Source: a virus (lineage: Duplodnaviria > Heunggongvirae > Uroviricota > Caudoviricetes). From it: a stretch of 61,012 bases of DNA. Positions 30,301-38,919 of the stretch are shown piece by piece. The DNA lies in IMG/VR virus record IMGVR_UViG_3300010367_000056, positions 64,001 through 125,012 of that record, one strand, 5' to 3'. The notes below the pieces were generated by a model. That model ran no database searches, was not told the origin of the DNA, and was given only the letters and a program-made list of their open reading frames with translations. The first letter of the stretch is position 1, and the number at the start of each line of letters is the position of its first letter. The translations under genes were made by a program, and so were the position numbers.

Positions 30301-33076
30301 TAATGCTGCCATTGACCACGTAAAAGAACAAATCTTAAACGTACTCAATGTTGGTAATAAGACAGCTAAAATATTCCTAGCTGCAATCTCTACTGAGATG
30401 AACTTACATCAGTCTACTATGATTCTCTTGCAACCTGTAGCTAAAGAATTAAATAGTTCTAATGCTACTACTGTAAGAAATACTTTAGCTTCTATGAGAG
30501 ACAAGATTGCTGAGAAGTTAAATGAAATACAAAGACCTTACTCAGATCAAGAACTTCAAGAATTAAAAATCACTACAAGAGATCTTGAAAGACATGTTCA
30601 AACTAGTTTCACAGATGTAATGGCTGATAGTAATAATCCAGCTTATAGAAGAAACTTAATGATTCAACTTAAGGTAATTGAGCAGTTAAGAACCTTAGAT
30701 CAAATTGGTCAAGAAATATCTGACGTTTCAAGAGTATTATCTGTAATTCAAGAACTTCCATATAACTTAGAAGCAGCATATGAGAAATTAAAAGATTTAA
30801 ATAACTATATAGATGTAGAAAAATTCTTCAATAAACTCACATACCAAGAAAGAAGTGAATACACTCAGAATGGATTTAAGAATGATCTTAGATCTAATAA
30901 AAATATCTTAGCAAATGTAAATTTAGCTAACAATGAAAATGTACTTGCAGCTCTTGAAGCTATTAAAGTTCAAGTAGATGTTGCTTCTGAGATGTTCACT
31001 GAGAATTCAATTCAAATGCAGTATTTAGTTCAGAATATACTTAAAGCAATAACTAATAATTCTGAACCTGGTACTATGTTTACTGGTGAACATGATATTA
31101 ATGTAAGTTTTGATACAACTAGAACATTTCCCATACAAGGGAAGTATTTAAAAGGAAAAGATACATTTAATATGGTTAAGATGATCTCAAGAAACATCTT
31201 TAATCTTTTAACTTCAGGATTAAATGTAGGATATAATAATGATAATCACTTATTCTCATTAGCTATAAATACTCAAGAATTACAAACATTTAGTGATGGT
31301 GATCAACAATTCACTTTAACTGCTGTAAGATCATATATTAATGCTTTCTTAATGAAAGAAGGTGAAGCCATATCAGGAAGAAATTATGATGGAGATTCCT
31401 TTGTAGTATCTCAAATAAATCCTGATTGGAGATTAAAACCTTTAGCTATAATTAAAAGAGAAAATCCTAATAATAAATTTTTGAGAGGATTAGGTATTGA
31501 TACTAACTTTAGAGATAAGGTAAGAATCATGACATATGATGTTTCAACTGCTAACACTGCTGAAAATTTAGCTGAAGTTGAACAAGGCGTAAATGAGTTA
31601 AATACTCTGAGAAATATTTATGTAAAACAAGATAAAAATGGTAACTGGATAGATGTTCCTTCAAATGAACATCCTGAGACTCCAGAAATGAATGAAATTA
31701 CATTTAACATCTTAAAAGCTTCTTTATATATTGATAAGTTTAAATTCTCAATGTCAAGAGCTACGAATGTAATTCCTCCTAAATACTTCCAAAAGATATT
31801 TTTATCTTTAGAGACTTTAGTAAAAGACTTAATATATTATCAGAAATCAACTCAAGGTAATAAATATTATAAAGACTTTACAGATCTTGATAATCAAACT
31901 AATAGTACATCAGCTTTAGGAAATATTAAAGAAAACTTATTTGTAAATACTATTTTTAGTGTACCAACAGTACTTCCTAATTTAAGAACCGTACTTCCTA
32001 ATTCAAGAGAAAGATGGAGACATTTACATAGACAAGCTGGTATTTTGCCAAATGGTAATGTGTATGATCTTTATTTTGATGCTAGTGTTTTAGATCAACA
32101 ACAGGAACAACCTGAAGTACAAGCAGAAACTACAATTCAGGCTTCTGAAATCTTAAATGAAGAAAATACCAATGTAGAGACAGATCAAGATACTGCTGAA
32201 TCTGAAGCCGAAACTAGTTTGAGTGAAAAACTTAGAAAAAATCCTTCTTTTATTGTTGATGAGAATCCTAGAAAATTAGGTACATTTGAGATATATATGA
32301 AGGTTGGTACAACTGGTTCTAAGGAAACAAATGATCAGAAGTACTTCTATAAGAAGATTTCAGTAGTTAATGGTAAACTAACTAATAACTCATTTGATCT
32401 CAACTTATTATTAAATAGATATAGAATATCTGATTATTTCAATCCTAAAAGATTAGCAATTGGAGTTAAAAACGTAGACTTTACTGGTAACAGAGTCACT
32501 TTACCTAATATCACCATTAGTAGTTTCTTAGTAAATGCTTATGATGATAGAAGAACTCAAGAACAAGAAAGAGCACAGATTGATCAAGCAGTTGAAGCTC
32601 AATTTGAAGCAAGGAAAGCAATGCCTGAAAATGCTAATAAAAGTGATGCTCAAATAAGATCAGAAATTAGAACAAAACTTAATGTTCAAAACGTAATAAA
32701 TTCATTAAATGAGGTATCTTTGTATGACGCTCGTAACATGGATAGGATTGGAATTAAACATTTCAAAGTACTCTCCAGATCAATTTCTGAAGATAAAAGA
32801 TCTGTATCCTTTACACTCGAAGCATTACCAATTAGTCAACAAATAACTTATAATAAGTTTGATGCTCCATTAGAACTATTAAAAACAGTAAGAAAAGGAG
32901 AAATGACTAGGGAAGAAAGAATAGCTTATATCAACTCTATACCTGGAGCTAAGAAAATAACCTCAGCAGTAGCTGCTACTATGACTGATGCTCAGATAGA
33001 TGAAGAATTTGATAGAGCAACAGAAATTGAGGAAACTAAAGAGATAGATCAGGTTTTAAAAGATAAAAGTTGTTAA
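24311..33076 (+). CDS. single-chain virion RNA polymerase (crAss-like) with N-terminal zincin-like domain
   Basis: 2921 aa; FRIPS..., then GSDFDVDKLF (catalytic DxDxD at 29180-29194), plus DAQ and SAIKG motifs; HEIFH at 24719-24733. Confidence 0.9.
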   Translation: MSCVNINSPQYKSLIKGMSPREKFVAKGVMSRFMSENEGRMPDFIELKSAIADLYNTNKGGVDYKTFYNEVKDIFKSLLPGMSEAELDQRVKFVDKLELMRLRDGKEVLTSFINDVVYIAKSLPEERGEKAYTDIRHEIFHVIFNNFLSEDEQIKMVETFKRWKPEYAKTMGKEDLEEAMANSFEHYRTSPKKTIPIMIRDFFVDLLKFFGLIGDNYVDIKKLFDDVESGKFTRNYLKDSLVTRDKTILSKYTEFSTNLDLFLQAKAFVLNNLNELMFPENNTQLSEVGNSNLFLNQNYNTALFQNNKELFKLGLTKNDALKQLQRRIRDLSSGRTTDAQLTNVLSVLSKNHILKDMFEYLQPYSIAKVNANGELVLEDQVEEDPTEELLETSEDYNSLEIGSKELINPITKISEVVKDFLSSVTYETTPGNFINIDPGAGFISLLNMLGHLYGNQSVEDNLNSLNRNYSESVRGVQTTAVYNKLRELHENLIGSNRIVINIQGVSAEDLNTIRQTLGQFGIQHETFRDNMTLIVPDNMKIENHGTNNVDNKVVFTLNRFKDGLESFKIEQGARESNKTFIEKVANETGLPSFVVAKLFKYNEQRNQLAELTKVAGSLRKLSPKFVRVQTTRTSVEGFTQTTTSYAFLNKVNEYRSSGSMASVIRDRLDLIPSRQDVIGSMRAYPRLKERGNRQELRNLLQDVLINKLNAISPSDFQRIPSRGNEVTTMLDTLERIMNIPEMSTEKATEEFTDSDVFLRQTSNFSNLLNKYTFEKNNPTSFSVSTSNKQKWENVMSNSSFKLFKNLKDFAAGLRGVKLLGYLGNSFNNYLRFNPLFDHNFNTGEVDVNRTLLKVMDEDFYADHQETYFDNRTSAYAKPPVPFAKESPRDWINRNFLAMFQLPILETQQASEGERTGQAYYQQKFQPESAPNVSVVKMGIHGSNSIQNAIAYMILQEAYMHHLAGGSVRGNIVKNTKKSLLPGLEGSTYFIREGRNIFFDGAGNLDAQFGSIINGKLAINRNNSILSELTNTILSNLDNSLNEFVDLAIEEKATLEGSNIADMYNKIRSSYLNQYHLTDSELTVLRGVYLTAQTDLSEFRSGQNFVQQREVLKKALSSYYLNSFVNGFFMNQISSGATQNYKNPLDEIKRQAGVNAMNDTGLIDNKHGMKNSYKNIVIAAANNFYGASHRFANIPLLERFFKNKKQEVGDAQSWDIPEYKGMLRKSFGKSVDIGVITKDVHFEVNNDGFVDYRKTSSAELTNELVKNNKTLRDLRYALTFQPYLESLSTEEREAAKERIDYLYNKLVDNNDLDNVDEFMEYQDILQDIDDKDLMIHKASFESAIKGSKPSRMSQFIKNQETGTFDFVLEPSSVITLNSAYNGIQQAIRHRYIDSFITHFTQLTYLIGLNRTETSIKNNKAITRALAKFAKSGMFDTLFDMRMAYSEEGLLKANNRSKKEFIKELVKKLDLPGNERIVELLNTPRISMNNPLFSEKLMQTFFNSFTKSTVKPKHPGGSFVLQSEFGFEANRIISENSMRIPELVTDDQGNLLYAECYLPEMYSDQIKAGEMVYYNSEHYNKMFGFRIPSSDLHSSVPLKVIGYYPSSMHDNVVVIPSAVTALHGSDFDVDKLFVVRYGVFGQDDEDIDPKSPDQNPEQPDVKREYKTKFQTSNSVIAQKGVKFGYVAPDATYNDRGNLTSFGPDDRHTEIFNIDSVLLDEKKKTQDRIIQQEVAITEHDKTPTANRAQENAKAARRRELVNEQKSLEKHLDTLKTIQRGLYSNQILDAVLDNISYSGQNAEDILFGITFDPVKGYEETSEYSELARVFSDINRAKGSEDLLPERPTLYTTLQQAQDADAELYTKIKENLENNLGVDTTTQQGQTDLLALINDELKDDWISDRDEFIRRQRGAGSVNINKVEQHVTVHKETYMAAGLVGLIANFSKGLAYAFHGITNNANHIELDIPENSVVELDGQKFDKLTLSNRDGIKNQELRSLALNAAIDHVKEQILNVLNVGNKTAKIFLAAISTEMNLHQSTMILLQPVAKELNSSNATTVRNTLASMRDKIAEKLNEIQRPYSDQELQELKITTRDLERHVQTSFTDVMADSNNPAYRRNLMIQLKVIEQLRTLDQIGQEISDVSRVLSVIQELPYNLEAAYEKLKDLNNYIDVEKFFNKLTYQERSEYTQNGFKNDLRSNKNILANVNLANNENVLAALEAIKVQVDVASEMFTENSIQMQYLVQNILKAITNNSEPGTMFTGEHDINVSFDTTRTFPIQGKYLKGKDTFNMVKMISRNIFNLLTSGLNVGYNNDNHLFSLAINTQELQTFSDGDQQFTLTAVRSYINAFLMKEGEAISGRNYDGDSFVVSQINPDWRLKPLAIIKRENPNNKFLRGLGIDTNFRDKVRIMTYDVSTANTAENLAEVEQGVNELNTLRNIYVKQDKNGNWIDVPSNEHPETPEMNEITFNILKASLYIDKFKFSMSRATNVIPPKYFQKIFLSLETLVKDLIYYQKSTQGNKYYKDFTDLDNQTNSTSALGNIKENLFVNTIFSVPTVLPNLRTVLPNSRERWRHLHRQAGILPNGNVYDLYFDASVLDQQQEQPEVQAETTIQASEILNEENTNVETDQDTAESEAETSLSEKLRKNPSFIVDENPRKLGTFEIYMKVGTTGSKETNDQKYFYKKISVVNGKLTNNSFDLNLLLNRYRISDYFNPKRLAIGVKNVDFTGNRVTLPNITISSFLVNAYDDRRTQEQERAQIDQAVEAQFEARKAMPENANKSDAQIRSEIRTKLNVQNVINSLNEVSLYDARNMDRIGIKHFKVLSRSISEDKRSVSFTLEALPISQQITYNKFDAPLELLKTVRKGEMTREERIAYINSIPGAKKITSAVAATMTDAQIDEEFDRATEIEETKEIDQVLKDKSC

Positions 33077-33094
33077 TATTATTAATTATAAAAT

Positions 33095-36000
33095 ATGGCA
33101 TTTTGCACAATTTCAAGAGATGAAAACAAGGAAATACAGGAAGTTTATGCTCCTAATAAGAAACCTTCTAAGCTATTCAGGGACATTTTACAATCTTTAA
33201 ATAACTTTACTAAGGAAGGTAAAGATCAAGCTCTAAAAATATGGGCTAGAGCATATACTTCTAAGTTTAAAAAATCATTTGGAGATTGGGAAAAAGTTTC
33301 AGAAGCTCTACAGCACTCAAAAGAAGTATCTGGAATTTATAGAGATATTTTTGTACAGAATCCTCAGCAAACCTTGTTTGAGGCTTCTGTACAATCTCAT
33401 TCTTCTCAAACTGATCACAAAGAAGCTACCAAAACTTTTGGCCCTAATGTAATTAAGATAGCAAGAGAGTTATATCCTAATGCTAAGCCTGGTTCTGTTT
33501 ATAAGCCTATTGTAAGTAAATCAATTGATGAGAATGGAGAACCTCTTGTTAGTTATATACTCAATCCTACTGAGAAACAAAGGTTTACAAGAATAGAAGT
33601 AGCGCCTGAAGTTACAGGTATGAGTCCTGTTGCTTTAGCAGAGAGATTTAGTGAGAAACTAGGAATTCCATTTGAATTTGATCCTAACTTAGATCAACTT
33701 GGAGCTATTAGAGATGGTAAGGTAATTATTAATCCTAATACTTTAAGTATTGATACTGTATTTCATGAATTCTCTCATCCTTTTGTAGACTCTATTAGAA
33801 GAGCTAATCCTTCTTTATTTAAAAATCTGAGTTCAAGAGCTGCTGATTTTACATATCAGGGAAGATCTTTATTTGATTTTGTTAAAGAAAATTACCCTAA
33901 TCTTAAAGAAGGTTCTCAAGAGTTTATGGCTGAATTAATTACTACTGCAATTGGTATAGAAGCTGCTCAACCTGGTTCTATAGTAGATAGACAAAAGTTT
34001 ACTCAGTGGCTTAAAACTGTAATGCAGAAGATAGTAGATTATATTAATTCTTTAATAGAAGATCCATCTCAACATATTAAACCAGAAAATCTGGATATTA
34101 ATATGAGTATTAGAGATTTGGCTGATTTAATGAAAATTGATAATAAGATTGATCTTGATCCATTGTCTAAAGATGTAGAATTTGTAGCTGATCAAGTAGC
34201 TTCAGCAGCCCCACCTCTGTATGGGAGCCGTGCAACTATAGACTTCTTTGAAGATAAACAAAGAAATATAAAACTAGTTGAAGATGGAGATGTGTCTTAT
34301 TATACAGATGGAACCATAGATCCAGAGACTGGTCAACCTAGAAGATTTACAAGGTTAACTGAATTTACTTATGCTAATTTTTATGGAGCAGAGGACAAAG
34401 ATCCTTTTGATCCTGAAAAATACTTAGATAAACTTACAACTAGAACATTCCAGGAAGCTGGAGCTACTCTTAATGATAGTATTCCTTACGGACAATCTCC
34501 TACTCCATTGACTTATGATCAAGTTAAACAAGAGATCAAAAAAGCATTTGAAGAAGCTAGGATTAGAGGTAAGATAATGCACAAAATGATTGAAGGTTAT
34601 CTTAAGCATCAAGATATTAATTTCTTTTCAAAAGAAATAGAAGATTTAAGACAACAATCAAATATCTCTGAGTATGATCTTTTATGGTTTGACGAGAAAA
34701 GAATACAAGGAATGCTTAATCAACTAGGTGTTAATACAGAAGAATTTGGAAATACAGATGTAGCATTTAGAGATAATGTATCATCTGAACTTATGATGGT
34801 AAATAGAGATCTTTATATTGGTACATCAAATGATGGTATTATAGAACATAATGATGGTACTATTTCTTTTGTGGATTACAAAACTGGTGCTAAATTTTTA
34901 GCAGATGAAAACACCATTAGAAAAATGCAATATACAGATGGTTTAGCTTCTCCAATATTTGATAGTAAATTAGATAGAGCTAAGCTTGAGCTGGTCATGC
35001 GTATGGTTGTTGCCAAAATGAATAAACCTGATTTAAAAGTAAGAGATCTTAGAATTGCTTATTTATCAAGATACTATGGCAATCAAATTAGATATATAGA
35101 TGTTCAAAAGTTCTTAGACTATATTAATAATAACTACAGAATATCTATTAATCAACTTAAAAGTGATGTTAAAAAGAAACCTGAATTAAGACCTATTCTT
35201 GCACAGAAAATAAAAGAGTATAATGCAATGAAACAGGCAAGAGTTTTTGATTTTCATAATTATCAAGGAGAAAATAAAATCTTTGATCAAGATGAAGATT
35301 TGAAAACTATTACAGATCCACAAAAGAAATTAGACTTCTTAAAGAATAGAGTAGCTACTAAAGCTAGAGAGTCTCTATTACAGAATGGAGAAGCTGGTGT
35401 TGGTAGAGATGCTCTCAAGAAAGTTAAAACTTCTGTAATTGCACTTTTGAATCAATTTAAATCTTCAAATATAACAGATATACAATCATCTGGTACTGAA
35501 GATATTACTTGGTTTGCTGCTAAAACAATGGGTCTTAGAGATCAAAAGAATGCTTATTTACAATCTTTTTCTGAGTTTTATGAAACTTCAGTAGATAAGA
35601 GTATAAAGAAGATGGAACAACTCTTAGGAGAACAAAGTGAATTCAGAAAAGCAGATAGAGCTTTGTATAAAGAATATTTTGAGAGAACTGGTAGAACTAT
35701 AAAAGCTGCTAAAACTTTCAGTTACAATAAAGGAAATACTCAAGTACCTGTAAATGAACAAGGTGTATTTGACTTTATGTATACCTGGAAAAATGTAGCT
35801 GGAGATAATGTAAGAGTAGGAGCTGTATACACAGAAAATGATGTACAAGCTGGCAAAATCACTCAAGCTCAATGGAATTATTATAAAGCTTCAAAAGCAG
35901 TTCTTAAAGAGGTCTATGAATCTGTAAGAAATAAAGTAGCTTATGTAGACCAATATGGTAAAGCTAGAACTTATGGTGAAGAGTATATCAAAGCTTCTAA

Positions 36001-37915
36001 AGGCCCTAATGGAGGTTTTAACTTCCAACCATTCACAGATAGTTTTTTACCTACAGTTCCATTTCAAAATAAAGAAGAGATAATTGAGAAAAATATTCAA
36101 ACCAGAGATCTTAATCCCATAAAGATCACAAAAGAATTCTTTGAAAATTATAAAGATAGATATGATATGTCTATCCAAAATGAGGATAAGTTTAACATTG
36201 GAATTCCTCTTAAATATATGTCTCAAGAATTCTTAGGTAATGATGATCATAGTTTTAATGTCAGCCAAGCTGTTGATGTTTTTGCAAGACACATGATCCA
36301 AAAAAATGAGTTAGATGATGTATATGATGTAGGTATGACTACTATTGCTGTTATGAGTGATGTGAATGATCCTAATAATAGAGATAGAAGAAATAAATTA
36401 CACTTGGAAAATTCTATTTTTCATTTACAATCATTCCTAAATCAACACTTATTAGGTCGTAGGAGAGTCACTTTAAATTATTTTGGTAAAAAGAATGAAG
36501 TTCTTAATAAAAGAACAGATTTAGTCATAGATAACATTGGTGGATTTATATCTAAAAATGCTTTCTGGTTTGCTCCTGTAACAGCATTATTTAATGGACT
36601 TTATGGTTTATTTACTAATATGAAAGAAGGATTTATTGGCTCTCTTAGTAGTAGATTATTTGGAGATGAAAATGCTGTTACATTAACACATATTGCAGAA
36701 GCAACTAAAATATGTGGAATTCATCAATTTACAAATCACACTAAACAAGGTAACTTAGTAAGACAATTTAATGAAGACTGGGATGGTTCTTACTATAAAG
36801 ATAAAGTAAACTTTTTCTCTAAAGTATTTAGACTATCTAATAAGAACTATAGATATACTGATGCTTCCTTAATGTTAGGAGTTCATAATAGAATCTTTAC
36901 TGCTGATAATGCTTATGCTATGGAAGGCTTAGGTGAAGATTTATCAAATGAAATCTTAGTAGTAGCAGCTTTAAAAGCTCAAAAAGTATATCAGACACAC
37001 GTAGATAATAATGGTAAAGAAGTAAAGACCTATCAGAAGAAAGATGGAACTTACACTACTGATAAGAATGATAAGAATATTAAATCTATGTGGGATGCTT
37101 ATGAGTATAATACTCAAACTGGGGAATATGAGTATAAAGGCCCAACAAGATTCCTTGATAAGAATGGCGAAGAGGTAAAAGGACTTACAACTCTCGAAAC
37201 TCTTAGAGTAAAGACATATCTTGAAAGAATGTATGGTGCTTATTCTCCAGAACAAAGGACTCACTTAGAAAGATATGCTCTTGGTAGAATGGTAATGAAG
37301 TTCAGAAAGTTCTGGATCATGAATATTAAAGAGAATTTTACTTTGAATTCTCACCAAAAATATGTAGGAGAATATCAAATGTTATTAAATCCAGATGGAT
37401 CTCCTAAACTTAAAGATGGTCAACCAATGTATGAATGGCAATCTGAAATGATGAAATCCAGAGTTAGAGTGTTTGCTTCATTAGTAGGTTCTATATGGAA
37501 TGCTAAGAATAGTAAAACCTGGGGAGAAATGTCTGTAGAAGAGAAAAAGCAATTTGTAAGATTCGGCACACAACTTGTATTTATGGCATTAGCTATAACT
37601 CTTGGAATGGGTGGTCTACTCCCTCCAGAAGATAAGGACAAACTCTATGCTAAAAGAATAACAAGACTTGCTGAAGACTTGGCAGCTATACATCCTTTGG
37701 ATATTCTTAGAGGTACGACAACCATAGATTCATATCCAACTCAATTGTATAAAGCTACAGATGCTGCTTTAACTTTCTTTAATTCTATACTCACAGATGA
37801 TATTGTAAGTAGAGGCCCTTATGCTGGAGATTATAAAGGTTGGAACACTCTTGAGAATTTCTTACCAGTTTATCATAGTTATAATCAAGCAGTTAAGTTA
37901 GTAGGAGGTAATTAA
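33095..37915 (+). CDS. giant virion polyvalent protein: zincin metallopeptidase + PD-(D/E)xK nuclease
   Basis: 1606 aa; FHEFSHPF (33761-33784) with downstream QEFMAE; RGKIMHKMIE ... GTSNDGII ... FVDYKTG (Cas4/RecB-like nuclease motifs). Confidence 0.7.
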   Translation: MAFCTISRDENKEIQEVYAPNKKPSKLFRDILQSLNNFTKEGKDQALKIWARAYTSKFKKSFGDWEKVSEALQHSKEVSGIYRDIFVQNPQQTLFEASVQSHSSQTDHKEATKTFGPNVIKIARELYPNAKPGSVYKPIVSKSIDENGEPLVSYILNPTEKQRFTRIEVAPEVTGMSPVALAERFSEKLGIPFEFDPNLDQLGAIRDGKVIINPNTLSIDTVFHEFSHPFVDSIRRANPSLFKNLSSRAADFTYQGRSLFDFVKENYPNLKEGSQEFMAELITTAIGIEAAQPGSIVDRQKFTQWLKTVMQKIVDYINSLIEDPSQHIKPENLDINMSIRDLADLMKIDNKIDLDPLSKDVEFVADQVASAAPPLYGSRATIDFFEDKQRNIKLVEDGDVSYYTDGTIDPETGQPRRFTRLTEFTYANFYGAEDKDPFDPEKYLDKLTTRTFQEAGATLNDSIPYGQSPTPLTYDQVKQEIKKAFEEARIRGKIMHKMIEGYLKHQDINFFSKEIEDLRQQSNISEYDLLWFDEKRIQGMLNQLGVNTEEFGNTDVAFRDNVSSELMMVNRDLYIGTSNDGIIEHNDGTISFVDYKTGAKFLADENTIRKMQYTDGLASPIFDSKLDRAKLELVMRMVVAKMNKPDLKVRDLRIAYLSRYYGNQIRYIDVQKFLDYINNNYRISINQLKSDVKKKPELRPILAQKIKEYNAMKQARVFDFHNYQGENKIFDQDEDLKTITDPQKKLDFLKNRVATKARESLLQNGEAGVGRDALKKVKTSVIALLNQFKSSNITDIQSSGTEDITWFAAKTMGLRDQKNAYLQSFSEFYETSVDKSIKKMEQLLGEQSEFRKADRALYKEYFERTGRTIKAAKTFSYNKGNTQVPVNEQGVFDFMYTWKNVAGDNVRVGAVYTENDVQAGKITQAQWNYYKASKAVLKEVYESVRNKVAYVDQYGKARTYGEEYIKASKGPNGGFNFQPFTDSFLPTVPFQNKEEIIEKNIQTRDLNPIKITKEFFENYKDRYDMSIQNEDKFNIGIPLKYMSQEFLGNDDHSFNVSQAVDVFARHMIQKNELDDVYDVGMTTIAVMSDVNDPNNRDRRNKLHLENSIFHLQSFLNQHLLGRRRVTLNYFGKKNEVLNKRTDLVIDNIGGFISKNAFWFAPVTALFNGLYGLFTNMKEGFIGSLSSRLFGDENAVTLTHIAEATKICGIHQFTNHTKQGNLVRQFNEDWDGSYYKDKVNFFSKVFRLSNKNYRYTDASLMLGVHNRIFTADNAYAMEGLGEDLSNEILVVAALKAQKVYQTHVDNNGKEVKTYQKKDGTYTTDKNDKNIKSMWDAYEYNTQTGEYEYKGPTRFLDKNGEEVKGLTTLETLRVKTYLERMYGAYSPEQRTHLERYALGRMVMKFRKFWIMNIKENFTLNSHQKYVGEYQMLLNPDGSPKLKDGQPMYEWQSEMMKSRVRVFASLVGSIWNAKNSKTWGEMSVEEKKQFVRFGTQLVFMALAITLGMGGLLPPEDKDKLYAKRITRLAEDLAAIHPLDILRGTTTIDSYPTQLYKATDAALTFFNSILTDDIVSRGPYAGDYKGWNTLENFLPVYHSYNQAVKLVGGN

Positions 37916-37945
37916 GCTATATTAAGCATTCAAAAACTATTCACA

Positions 37946-38010
37946 AAAGGGTATTAACAAGGTAAATCAAATATTTCTCATAAATTTGTAGCAATCTGTT
38001 AATACCCTTT
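37946..38010 (+). promoter_or_regulatory. 14-bp perfect inverted repeat ending immediately before the lysis-cassette ATG
   Basis: AAAGGGTATTAACA (37946-37959) / TGTTAATACCCTTT (37997-38010); 37-nt loop; ATG at 38011. Confidence 0.75.
37981..37988 (+). promoter_or_regulatory. Bacteroidota-type -7 promoter box TAAATTTG
   Basis: Exact TAnnTTTG match in an intergenic region 22 nt upstream of ATG 38011; no clear -33 TTTG. Confidence 0.55.
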
Positions 38011-38325
38011 ATGCTAATTAAAATATTCAAATATCTTGAGAATTTATGGACTGGAAAAGATGGAAGACCTTCTAAAAGAAGTGTTCTTGCCATAATTTTC
38101 TCTATAAACTTTCTTCAAAATATAACTTATGCTGTCCATAAGTGGGATGCAAATAAGTCTTTGGATGGATTAGCCTTAACTCTTAGCGTTGAAGCTGGAC
38201 TAATCATGGCACTTCTTGGCTTAAAAGCTTGGGAAAATGTAAACTCACTTAGAAGAAATAGGTTTGATAATCAACCTTTTAATGGCTTTGATGATGGTAA
38301 GGGACAGATAGAAGAAGTAAAATAA
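38011..38325 (+). CDS. small membrane protein, holin/antiholin candidate
   Basis: 104 aa, two hydrophobic segments, charged C-terminus; first gene of the lysis cluster. Confidence 0.5.
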   Translation: MLIKIFKYLENLWTGKDGRPSKRSVLAIIFSINFLQNITYAVHKWDANKSLDGLALTLSVEAGLIMALLGLKAWENVNSLRRNRFDNQPFNGFDDGKGQIEEVK

Positions 38326-38354
38326 TCCATTAACTATCAAACTCGAAGCATGAG

Positions 38355-38696
38355 ATGAGGAATGACATCTTTAATTTCTTAGACGGTTTAGGTCTCGTCT
38401 GGAAATATATGATCAATGGTCTTGTTGGGGGCTTTATATGGTCTCTGTATAAGAAAGCAAAATTTTGGGAAGCTCTTAGACAGATTATTATAGGTGGCTT
38501 TGTATCAGGTTATTTTAGTCCAGTAATAGTGACTAAATATCACATGGATTTGTCGCTTATAGGTTTTACATCCTTCATTATTGGGATGCTTGGAATGGTA
38601 ATTATAGATTCTGCTTATAAATATGTAGCAGGAAATTACAAGAAATGGAGTCTAATATTAAAGATTCTTTTTTCAAAAGAAGAAACAAAAAACTAA
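38355..38696 (+). CDS. holin
   Basis: 113 aa with about 3 Gly-rich TM segments (INGLVGGFIW, IIIGGFVSGYF, LIGFTSFIIGMLGMVII) and a basic C-terminus; upstream of the lysozyme. Confidence 0.65.
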   Translation: MRNDIFNFLDGLGLVWKYMINGLVGGFIWSLYKKAKFWEALRQIIIGGFVSGYFSPVIVTKYHMDLSLIGFTSFIIGMLGMVIIDSAYKYVAGNYKKWSLILKILFSKEETKN

Positions 38697-38700
38697 TAAA

Positions 38701-38919
38701 ATGAAAGTAATCAATTTTGTAAAAAGGTATTGGCGAGCAATTTTATTTGTGCTTTTTGAAGTATCTATGCTGGTTTTAGCAATTGGTGGCATTGGCTGGA
38801 CTGATTATGCTGAAACTAAATTCTGGCAAACAGCTTGGATTGTTCTTGCAGTCTTAGGTGTAATTGGTTTTGTTGCTGGTATGAAATGGCTAGATAATCA
38901 GAAAAATGCAGATTTCTAA
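38701..38919 (+). CDS. small two-TM membrane protein
   Basis: 72 aa, two clear hydrophobic helices. Confidence 0.6.
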   Translation: MKVINFVKRYWRAILFVLFEVSMLVLAIGGIGWTDYAETKFWQTAWIVLAVLGVIGFVAGMKWLDNQKNADF

